Positions 20,701-32,700 of a stretch of 64,000 nt of DNA are shown piece after piece. Source of the DNA: Omnitrophica bacterium RIFCSPLOWO2_12_FULL_50_11 (GTDB lineage Bacteria; Omnitrophota; Omnitrophia; Omnitrophales; Danuiimicrobiaceae); NCBI GenBank assembly GCA_001804315.1, contig MHFT01000024.1:13610-77609 (forward strand), written 5' to 3'. The position numbers were made by a program, and so were the translations under genes. Every line of letters begins with the position of its first letter. Within the stretch, counting starts at the first letter, position 1. The notes under the pieces were generated by a model. That model searched no databases. It was not told the DNA's origin and was given only the letters and a program-made list of their open reading frames with translations.

Positions 20701-23700
20701 GATTCCGCTCACAGCGGTTGGACTTTTTTATCAGCTTGGCTACTTTCGGCAGCTCATCAGACCGTCTGGCGAGCAAGAGGAAGATAGAAGTTATGCCGGT
20801 ATCCGGAGAGATAAACGGACAGGACGGCCGCTTGATTTGCCGGTCGAAGATCCAAGAACAGGACATCCACTCATCCTGCAAATGAGAATGCCGACTGGAG
20901 GCCGTGTCGTCAAGGCAAAAGTCTGGAAGGCGCGGTTAGGAAAGGTCGATTTATTGCTTCTCGATACCAACTTGAAGGAGGAATGGGCAAACTGGAACAA
21001 CGCGTGGAATGAAGGTACAGACCTCTCTATCACAGAACAAGCTTATCGGGAACATTCGGGAACGCAGGAGCGCATGGAACAATATTTCGTGCTCGGCGTC
21101 GGCGGAATAAAGGCGCTAAAAGCATTAGGTCAAGAACCAGATGTCATCCATCTCAATGACGGCCATCCAGTATTTGCGGCCATTTCTGCTCTTGCCCAAG
21201 CGTTGGCGCGTGTGCCTCGCGCGATAGAAGATCCCAAGCTCCGGTTTGACGCAGCGCTTGAAGTAGTTCGAGCAAAGACGATCTTTACGACCCACACGCC
21301 GGTTCCTGCCGGAAATGAAGCGGTGCCGGAACATGTGATCCGCCCCTTCTTGGAGATACTTTTTCCTGGGGGAAAAGAAGTCGATCAATATGCGGTGGAT
21401 CGAATCCTCGAAATGGGACGGGCAGACGGCAACTTTAACATCACCAAATTTTCATTGCTGGTTTCAGGATTTCACAATGCCGTGAGCAAACTTCACGGCG
21501 AGGTAGCACGCAAGATGTGGCAAGGTCTTTACCCTGCTGTCCCGACAGAAGATGTTCCCATCAAAGCGATTGTCAATTCAGTTCACACGGGCGACGGCGA
21601 GCGGGAAGGAAAGTGGCAAGCTCCCCAAATTGCGGAACTGCTTCAAGAAACCTACCAGACTGCTGAAGTCCAGCGAGTAATGCACCTCGAACGAGACGAG
21701 ATGATGCGGTATCTTACGGATAACAAATGGCTGGACCAAAACGTTCCTGTTTCAACGCGAGAAAAGTTGTGGGCCGTCCATGTCGGTGTTACGAAGCTGC
21801 TCTTTAATGAGGCCGAGAAGCGGTTTACAAGGCAGGCCGCGCGGGGCGACGCGTCGCGGGAAGATTTGGCTTATCTGAAAAGTCTTGACCCACAGGCGCT
21901 CACGCTTGGTTATGCGAGGCGGTTTGCTGGGTATAAAAGGCCTGATCTCATTTTTCTAGATTTGGAGCGCTTAAGATCTATCGCCGCGAAGTCACAAGGG
22001 CTAGTACAAATCATATTTGCAGGAAAAGCTCATCCCAGAGATGACGTGGGCAAACGGTTAGTTGCTCGTGTAAATCAAATAGCGCGTGAGTTACGCAAGG
22101 AAAAGAAAATCAAAGTCATTTTCATCGAGGACTATGACGTAGCGCTGGCTCGATTGCTCGTTGCCGGAGTGCACGTTTGGCTTAACAATCCGATCCTGAA
22201 ACAAGAGGCGTCTGGAACAAGCGGACAGAAAGCACTTCTAAATGGGGTGCTGAATCTCACGATCCCCGATGGGTGGGCAGAGGGCATTGTAGACGGCGTC
22301 AACAGTTGGAAGTTTGGCGGAACGGACGTCGGGGACATCGATGCCAAGGATGCAGCTGCGCTTTACGACAAGTTGGAGAAGGAAGTGATTCCCACTTTTG
22401 ATAACAATCGGGAGGAATGGATCCGCATGATGATCCGGGGCATTCTTTCTATCGCGCATCATCACGGAGGCGAGCGGCTGCTTTTAGACTACGGCCGGGA
22501 ACTGTATGTGCCTGCTGTCAATTCAAGCGCGATGATCACGTCAGGCAACAATATTCTGACAAAGTTGCTTGCATACCGCGCGAAATCTAGCGTGGAAGAA
22601 GGAATGCTTTTTTATCTCCGGCTTCCACCCGAAGCCGAGGCAGAAAGGGTGTATTGGGCAAATAGAATTACGAACTGGGACTCTCAAGAAGATTTCGCGC
22701 TTGAGAAAATATCAGACGGCGTGTGGGCCATCGTGATTCCCGCAGAGAAAGTAGCTGGCGGTGATGTGGACTTTAAATTTATGGTATTTCCGGATCGAAA
22801 AGTCCACGGCGCGAGTAGGCCCATTTGGCTGCGGGGCGGATATCCTAACAGTTTGCGCAGCGGCATTTATCAGAATGGAAGCGTCAAAGTTGACATGGAC
22901 CACCCTTTGTTTCGTCGGGACGCAGCTCGAAAGCTGCTTGCTGCCATTCGCTCCGAAGCGCGGGATGATTGGACTGAGAGACTCGAAAACGTCATGAAGG
23001 AAATGTCCTACGTGCCGAAGTGGTTGAATGATCCAAAGTATTCGACACGTCCCGCTGTATCTCCCAAAGAGATCATTCTTCAGAGCGAAAAATTCGCCCG
23101 TTTCGCCGAAAGCCTCGCACCGGTTTTGACGCAAAAGCGTAGAGAAAAGTACGTCATGCGGCACGGGGTGAATGCATTGTCGCCTCTGAGATCTTTTGAT
23201 TTTCCTCCTCCCCTCCGGGAAGATTCCTACGGCGGCGCCGAAATCATCCTCAAAGAGGGATTTGACTGGAGCCGATTGACAGCCGGCGGGGTCATGGCCA
23301 ACATCGGGCCGTGGGAAGGCACCAAGATAACGGAAGCTGCCATCCTGGAATTTGATTTTGAAGGGGATGTCTTCACGAGCCTCGGCGCCGGCACTGACGT
23401 TAAGGATCAGCTGAGAAAATTTTTCGACACGAGCCTAGACGAAATCCATCTGCCCGAAGAACCACCTTTCTATCGGGGGCGGGGCGATCTTTTTAATTAT
23501 CTCCTCATCCTTTTATTACGTTTGTACGGAATCGACGGCGTGAATTTCGCTTATCCGGCCAAGGAATCCAACGAACCCAGATCTTTCGAATTTCTCGTGA
23601 CCCACCCCAAAGCCATCAGCCACATCCGGCTTGTTACCAGAAAACCCGGGCCAACGATTTCCAAGGAAAGAGAATCCGGCCCCCCCTCCGAAGTGCGTAC

Positions 23701-26700
23701 GGAGATTGTGCCGGAAGAGCTTGTCAAGGTTCGCTCACAGCTTGAGTATGAGCGAAGTGGCACTGGAGAAGTGTTGAATGTAAAGCCGGGAGGAATTCCT
23801 TCAGAATCGCGGAAACGAGGCCGGGAGTTTGCTTTTGACCTACGGCTGAATGCGGAGTCTCAAAACAGGAAAGCGGTCCAAAGAATCGCAGGCTTTCAGA
23901 AGAGGTTAGAAAAAATTGTCACTGCCGCCGAGCTTTTTATTCTTCCGAAAGATGCCTTCCACATTGCGTTAGGTGGCTTCTATCCTGGCGAAAGCTGGGA
24001 TTTGGATTCAAATGGGCCGATAGATTTACCAGAGGATGCGGTTGAGAACGCCCTAACCCTCTTCCAGCAAAAGCTCAATACCGCCTTCAAAGATTCGCCT
24101 GAACTCATCATTGCCATCATCGGCGCAAGGATGACAAATAATGGAACCGTGGTTCTTGATTTGAAAGAACATCATGGTGGAAAACTTGCCGGACTCCGTG
24201 GGCTGGCCTATTCCGCAATGGAGGAAGCGAACTGGCCGCCAGGAAAGTTTCGAATCAACCGCTCGAAGGATGGACAGGTAAGCGACAGCGGAATTGTGAC
24301 CTTGGCCCGGGTCATTCCTCACCCCGACAAAGATGAACCCTTGTCAAGCTCAGAGACGCTAATGCGAGTAGAAGGCAAAATTACCAAAATGGATCGTGAG
24401 CTGAAAAACAGTCCAATCACTCTCCGGTTCACTCAAGAAGATCAAGAAATAGCTCGGCTTGGAACGCGTGTTTTAATCGAAGAGATTGAGGGTTGGGCAT
24501 CCACAAATGATTTTTTGAAAGAGCGTGCGGATGAAATCGTCAAGCTTACTGCGAATGGTTTTGCCCACGAGACCTACGAAGCGGTCCGCCAAATAGAAGC
24601 AATGGATTGGGGAAGAAGAAAAGGGATTTATTCTCCTCAACAAGTTCAAAAAGATCTTCAAGGCGAACCTCCAGGAAGTCTATTGATGCTAAAGAGGCAA
24701 AGGCACAATCAAATACTTGCCACGCACGGAGAAAGGGTTGCACTTCTTGAGCTCGAATTGCGTCATTTGAGCGTCTTGACACTTTCACTCGCGTTAAAAG
24801 GAATCCCCATGGATGTGGCAAGGAGCAGCCATTATTACTATCTTTTACTTGAGATTGAGCGGTTCAAAAATTCCAACGGTATCGAGGGCCTTAACCCTGA
24901 GTTCATTTCTCCGGCGCAACAGATACTTGTCTTGAACGAGATAGCGAAATCTCAACTTCGTGGTGCACGGGAGCAACTTGGCAGACAAATCGCAGAGCAC
25001 TTAGACACCATTAGTTTTCGCTCGTCTGCCGAACGACTGTTACCCGAAATAGAAAAAATCATCGCGAGCTGGGAGGAACGTTATGTGAGAACAAAGCTTG
25101 AGCATGCTGTGTTGCAGGTAATTGGTCCCCTGAGACTAACTCGGGCGGCAGGAAAAAAGGTAAAAGATGAGATATCCCGTAGAAAAGTCGAGATCGTCGC
25201 ACACGTGGTGCGACAACTCACCCCAGACGTATTAAGTGGCCGTCGCATAACGACAAATAAGATTCGCGACGCCCTTAGAAGTAGCGGTCTCAGTTTTGAC
25301 CGTGTGAACCGGCTCAATCGTCCGGTGCGGTCCGGTATCACGAAGAAAGTCGACGAAATAGTGTTCAACATTGAAGAAAGCACGCACCGCTTGAAATTTC
25401 GTTCTGCGTTCCAAAACCCCCGCTCGGAAGCAAGGTGGCTCATAATGGCTGCGAAGATCGTTCTTATGGTCGCGGTTTTCGGTGCTCTGGGCTATTGGGC
25501 GCTCCGCGACACCAAAGATGATTGGGCCAAGGAGTTTAGTCAAATGACGGAACTTATTAAGGAGACCACCTCGACAGATGTTTTAATTGACATCGTGCGA
25601 GATACTCAAAATAACAGCATCCACCGCTGGTATGCGGTAAGACGATTAGTCGAAGCAGCCACAGTTAATGAATCTCTGAGAAAGGAAGTGGTGCCGGTGC
25701 TCATGGAAGAAATTACCCGCTATCTCAAAAAGGAGCTGGATCCACAGACGATGGTTGCGTCATGGGGGGTCGAGGTTGAGGCGATAGACGGTCTTGCCAA
25801 GTTCAAGGCGACGCGAGCAATCAACTTATTGAGACAAGTTTACACGGACGGCTCGGTCGATCAAACGGTGCGTGAAGCGGCGAGGGGAGCGGTAGAACAA
25901 TTGGAAGAGACACGATCCGGCCGCTCCAGAGTACAAGAAGGTCAATTGGACAGAGAAGAAAAATTGAAAACGTCTGGCCCGAGGAGCTCAAGATCCGAAA
26001 TTCGTAGTGAAATCGTCACTCCAAAGACGAAACTTGAAGAGAGGGGTACCCTTATTTTCCGCCGTATTCGGTATGAAATAGAGCAGATCATCCACGTGGC
26101 TGGAGATGATTTCATCCTGTTAAGAGCGAAAAAGAAGTACGCAGGGCAAAAGAGACAAAGGAGGGTTGACCGTCCCATTCATATTTCCAGAAGTAAGAGC
26201 GAGGTTACGAGCGGCCCTCTTTTACGAGTTTCCCTCAATGATGGAAACTGGAGTTACATTTCACCCAAGCGTGCTGAGGTGCGATCGCCGCAACAGAAGA
26301 AAAAAATAAAATACCCTGCCATTCATATACCCCTTGGAACGTATTTAAGGGTTTATTCTGGAATTTTTCTTCCGGCGATCTTTTTCATACTTAATGTATT
26401 AACCGTCGTAAAACTCGGGGCCCAGCTGGCAGGGGCGAAGATTTTGAATGGCCTCCCATTGGACGCTGTGATCACCGCATACGGGATTATTTTAGTCCCA
26501 GCCATCATCCATTTCGCAATGGAAAAATCTGTTTGGCTTCGGAAACGACAGCGTGCGCGAGAAGATCGGAGAAAAGCCGCTGGTATGCGCGGTGAGTCAC
26601 GCTCCCAGTCTGTTGAAGGCCGTGAACGTGCGAATGGAGATATTGGAGAACCAAAACAATCTGCAGTTCGAGACTCGGCGGACCGTGCGGAACTGCGAGC

Positions 26701-29700
26701 AGAATGGAAAGGTAAGAGTATTTTCGAAATTGGATTCGAAGCCAGTCTAATTCCTCGGGAGTTTAATTTGTTAGTGGATGCCGCGGTTAAGGGATTTAGC
26801 AATCTCAACGAGGCCGAACGAAATCAAGTGAAAAAGGTTCTTCGGAAGATTTTCGAAAAATTGGGCTTGCTCGAAACGGAAAAGCAAGAGGAGCGGCGCC
26901 GATTCCTGAGTCAAATCAGCGCGCTCATGATAAAGCTCAAAGCGCGGGGAAAGTTAGACAAATTAAAGTCAACGTTTCAAAAGAAATACTTGGACGAGAC
27001 ATCGTTCAAATTGGAGCGTGAGGTCAAAGTGTCAGGGCTTCAAACCGGTGATCAGGTACAGGAAGCAGCGGCGGAAATATCCGATGAAGAGCCTCTGGGC
27101 GCTTTGAGAAAATTGCTTGCTAAAAAACCCCGTGGGATTGAGGAAGCATATGCCTTGTCTATTTCACGAGGCGCATCTTTAGAAGAGGTTCGGAGGACAC
27201 TCAAAGAAGCTGGCTATGAGATGACGCAATGGAGACGCGACGGGTTGCTCGGCCTCTTTCGATTTAAACGAAATGTGTGGTTGAAAGTGCAAGAGCCCCG
27301 CCGGGCCGAGGTGCGGCACGAGCTGGTGCAGAGTGTGGAATTCGGAGTGCGAAGCAGACGCGAACGAGACGACTCGATCATTCCGTATTCCGCACTCTCC
27401 ATTCCGCACTCGGAAACACGGGCTGAGATGCGGGGACAATTGGAAGAAGATTGGAAAATAGCACGTTCTGCTGTGTGGTTTTTTTTGAGGAGAGGGGTTT
27501 ATTTTAAGCAGGACATCGAAGATGCTTTTCAGGATATCCATCTTGCGTTTGCGGAGGAGAGGCAGAAGGGAAAACCCTTATCAGAACTGGAGCTGAGAAA
27601 GATTGCTCTGGCCGCCCTTTCAAAACATGTGAGGGATTATCATAAGTACAAGCGTGTGGTTAGAGGGTTTCAAGCTGCATATAGATCGCTCGTCACAAAG
27701 CGCCGCGGCCCACGTCCTATGCTTGATGATGTCGATCTCTTGATACCTGAGGTAGGGGAAGAGACATTTGGGGACAGGCTTAGATCTCATTTCAGAAGGC
27801 GAGGGTGGTCCCAGCGACGAGGAGCGCGTGAATTAGGATTTTCGTACGGCTCCATTAAACCGTGGATATCAGGTAAGATTCCAAGCCCATTCTTTGTGAA
27901 ACGGCTTGCGACCGCACTGGACACGACGGTAAGTGAGTTGATGATAGGAATACCTAGGGAAGAGTTGCTCGCCATCAGGATTGAAGATGAAGAAAGTGGC
28001 GAATACAGAAAAATCTTGGGGTTGAAGGTCAAAGTTTTGAGATATGAAAAAGGATGGACAAAAAGCAGGCTTGCTCGCGAGGTGGGTATCAAGGATAACA
28101 CCATTATCAGACTGGAGGCAGGCGAACCTACGTTTCCCTATCGGTACATTGGAAAACTTGCCGAAACGCTGGGTACGACGATAGGCGATCTTATTGCAGG
28201 AATGCCTGACGAAAAAATAATGGCTATTCGTGTTTTTGACGAGAAAAGCGAGGAGCATCGTGAACTCTTTGGGCTCAAATTAAGAGTCCTCAGATATAGG
28301 CGAAGATTATCTCAGACCGGTTTCCAGGGCCAGAGTAGCACCTCCGCATGGGAAAGTGGGAAATGGTTCCCCTATCCCAGAAGCATGAAAATCATTGCGC
28401 GCAACTTAAAAACAACTGTGAGCGAACTTTTAGCCGGCATACCTGAAGAGAAGTTAATGAGCATGCGGGTCCGAGACGAGAAAAGCCGGGAAGCAAAACA
28501 AATTCTTGGATTAAAGATCAAAATTTTTAGATACAAACGGGGTTGGACCTTAACCGAACTTGCTCAAGAAATGCACGTGCATGTTGATACGGCTTCAGAT
28601 TGGGAAGCCGGACTGCACTTCCCTGCGATACGGCATTTCAAACAGCTAGCAGAACGACTGAATTCTACGGTGAGCCATCTTCTGGTGGGTTTGCCCGCAG
28701 AGGAGATAAAAACAAGATTAAAAAATGGCAATGACCCGGACTATGCCGACCTATTCAATCTCATGATCCGGGTTGTAAGATACGAGAACGGTTGGTCATC
28801 GGGCAAGCTCGGCGCTGAAGTTGGGATTCCTCGGGTAACCATCGATGGATGGTCATGGAGTCGAGCAGTTCCCGCCCCTAACAATTGGAAAAAATTGACT
28901 ACTGGAAAAGGGCACGTTCTTTTCGGTGACTACCTTCCTCCGTCACGGCCGAAACCCACAGAGCTTGATGAGACAGAACGTAAAGTTCATGAACTGTATC
29001 AACAACTAGGTCGATACAGTTCTGTCGCCAGAGCAATGGGATGGCAAGGAGCAGCAGGCGGCGTGAGGGCCCGGCACATATACCTGCGGTCTCTTCGGAA
29101 ATTGGGGGCTCAGAGCCGCGCTGAGGTGCGGAACGAACTGGTGCGGAATGCGGAATTCGGAGTGCGGAGTGGACGTCAACTCGAAGACTTGATCATTCCG
29201 CATTCCGCCCTCCCCATTCTGTACTCGGAACCACGGCCTGAACTGCGGATGGGGCTGGAAGAGATCGCGATCTATGAGGAAGACGTGGATCTCGAAGCGT
29301 ATCAGCGCGTGATGCGTTCTGCCGAGGTCCGTTTCTTAACGCGTGAGGAGGAAAAGATCCTTTTTCGTGCCCTTCATGCTCGAAATCTAAAAGGAGAAGA
29401 GCGCAGGACTCTCTTTGACTTTCTAGTCTTGAAATATCTTCCTAGGATTAAACGCGTGATCCGTAAACTCGTACGCGGTGAGGGGCGAGACAAGGACAAT
29501 ATGTATCAGGACGGTTCTTTGGGGTTAATGGAAGCAGTCTGTCGTTTTGATTACCGTCTCGGGACGAGGTTTGGTACATTTGCCGACTGGTGGATATGGG
29601 GCAAAATTCTAATCGGTTTGAATGACTTAGCCACTGGAAAGTTACCGTCTCAGGAGCGGGAACTCGTCCCCGCAATCTTGAGCTCTCAACAGGAATTAAC

Positions 29701-32700
29701 ACAGCTTTTCAAGCGTGAACCCACCATGGAGGAATTGGCCAAAGCGCTAGGGGAAGAGGAAAAAACGGTGATCCGCATCCTTTCCTTCTTCTCACGGGCA
29801 AAGTCCTTAGATGCCCCAGCAGGGAACGGTGAATTAAACCGCTATCAATTCCGCTCGGATCCAAAAGCGGAAACTCCGGAGGCGATCGCGGTTCGTGAGG
29901 AAGAACACCGCGAGATAGTCCCAGAGATTTCAAGAAGGCTAGCCCTTCTTTCCTCTTACCAGCAGCTCGTCATCAAACTGCGGTTTGGAATTGGCACGCA
30001 AAAAGAGGGCGGTTATACACTCGACGAGATTGGAACAATGCTGGGGGTCACAAGAGAGAACATCCGTCAGATCGAAGATCGTGCAATCAAAAATATGCGC
30101 AGCAACACTATTTCAGACGCCAAGACTCGTCCCGTATCCACTGAACATGGTGATGTTTACCTTGTGGAAGTCGTCGGCATAAAGCCGGATCATCCTGTTT
30201 TTGAGGACATGCGGCTCAAGCCACTTATCGAGATAAAAGAGCTTTACGAAAGGGGCTTTTTTGCCAATTTCATTCCGGCACAAAACTTGACGATGGGCAG
30301 GGTCAGAAATGTTAAGCCTCGTGTCGGCTACCGGAGACGCGTAGCGGCAACGGCCCGAGCAGCCGCTCACCGTGCTGAGGCGCGCAGTGGAAGCGTGAGG
30401 GAGTATGCGACGTGGGATCACTTCCATAGCTTGATTCATGTCCTCGCGATAGATAGCGAGGAAAAGAATCGGCTGGAAGCGTATAAGCGATTGAGAGAGC
30501 TAGCATTGTTTCAACCGTTCCACTTTGGCCTTGCTTTGGTGCGGCATGTCGGAGGTGAAATAGCTTCTTATGCTAAATCCATTTTGCTGGAGGTTGCGTG
30601 GGAAAACCCAGAGATCATGACTGGACCCATTGTGAGCTCACTTGAAGATCCGAGTCGGAATCCGCATGCTGAAGAACTTCTCGGCCAGTGGATTGACCTC
30701 ATCATCAAAAAGAAAGATCGAAACAAACTCAGTATTGTTGCCCGGCCTCTGATCGGCATCTTAGCTCTTGAGATAGCCCGCCCTGCTGCCGAAAGATTGA
30801 TTCAAAAAATTGCTCTTTTTGATCTCGGTGTAATTGTGAATCGATTCATGGGGGCACTCAAAGATCCCGCGAGGCGGGCGATCGTCGGGCACCTCCTTGT
30901 AGTCATTAGCCGTTATTCTGCTGGCGCAGCAAAGTTCGTCACCGAAACTGTCATTGAAAATCTTTATGACAATGAAATCGCCGAATACCTTATAGAAGTA
31001 CTTCTTGAGATTTCCAAGGATGCGGGCGAAAAGACGGTAAAACATATTTTGTGGTTATTAATGGATGTTTTGCATTTTGAGGATTACCTGAAGCGGGTTC
31101 GTTTTGTTCCGTTCAAGGAACGGCTAAGAGAAAATAAGGGAGATTTCCGTCGAAACGCAGCCGCGGTTTTATCGAGAATGCTGGTGACATATCCGGTCGA
31201 AACAGTGCACATTGTAGTCGGCCATGCTTTGAATCATGACGTCCGGCAGTACGCCGACGAAATCCTCGCTGAAATCGAGGATAAACAACCCCAGATTCTT
31301 ACTGATTCCTATGTGGCAGCTCAGGGCCGAATGAGTCCAAATGAATTTGTGGAAAGCGAGTTGATTCGTCTCGCTGCATCACATCGAGGGCCTATCCTCA
31401 ACTCGCTCATCAAATCGCTTAAGAGACAATCAAAAGCTCCGGCCTTAGTTTCGCTTCTGATAAAGATGGCGCGGTCTAACTCTGAGCTTTCAGGTTTCAT
31501 TCAAGAGCGCCTCAAGTCTGCGATGTCTGAGGTGCCGACGCATCGGAACCTCGATCGCTTCGGTCAACAAATTCTTGCCCAAATCCAGTCCCGCAATGAA
31601 GTGCGATTGGGATTAAATTTGGCCAAGGAGAGAAAAGTACTGCTCTCGGGAAATGCCAGCCGTGCGGAGGTTATTCAAAATGATGAAAACGGGCACAGCC
31701 CGATATTGAGGAATGACGATCGGACGGCTGACGCCAGGCTTGATGTAAACAAGGTGGTCGCCAGTTTGACGCACACGCCGAAAACCGGCCAATTCGAAGA
31801 CTCGACAAAGGTTTTGATACGGAATCGGAGTGATGCGGCTCATGGAGCAGGAGACGATTTAGAAAGTGACTTCGCTATGCTCGGTAGCAATAAGAGGAGG
31901 AGAAGTCCATTCGGTTCCAGCCGGATCTCGGGCAATGAAACCTTCTTCTTGAAGAATGTCCTTGAGCGTTCCCATTCTGGAACTTTCCTCAAGGAACAGC
32001 CGAACCGCTTCCATAAGCCTGCGCCGCGCATCGTCCACCGTATCTCCGCAGCTGGCAACGGACAATTCTGGGCAGACACTGACAAACGTCGGCCCCTCTC
32101 TAAAAATCAAGGAAGTGAATTCAATCTTTCTCATGGCATTCAAACTATAACACAGAACCGGGATGCCGTAAAGCAGCCCTCTTACCGCTCTGCAGTGCGT
32201 GAAAAATTCAGGGGAGAGGCGAGAGAGGAGAGGGAAGAGAAAAAGCGCTTACCTCTTACCGCTTCTCTCTCGCCTCTCACCACTCACCTCTCCCCTGATT
32301 CTTCCCGCCCCGCGGCACGCAAACGAGTGCGAAGCGGACATGAACTCGAAGACTCGATCATTCCGCATTCCAGACTTCCCAATCCGCACTCGGAAACACC
32401 GGCTGACGCGCGGGATCTCGTAGTTGCGCATGACGAATTGCCAGTGACGAAAGGTAGAAGACCTTGGCAGTACGAACGCGCGGATCTAAGGCACCGAGCG
32501 CGCTCTAGAGGTGTGAGTGCTTTTCGCGGCGGCGGCCCTGCCAATCGAGAAAGACAATTCCGAGAATTATTACAAGCAGGATCACAGCAAGAAACACAAC
32601 ATTCGCTGTTGCTCCATCCATTTTTGTTTCCTCTCGTCAGGATTGATCCAGAGAATGAAGGCAAAAGCAACAAGATAAATTATAACCCCGGCCACCAGAA

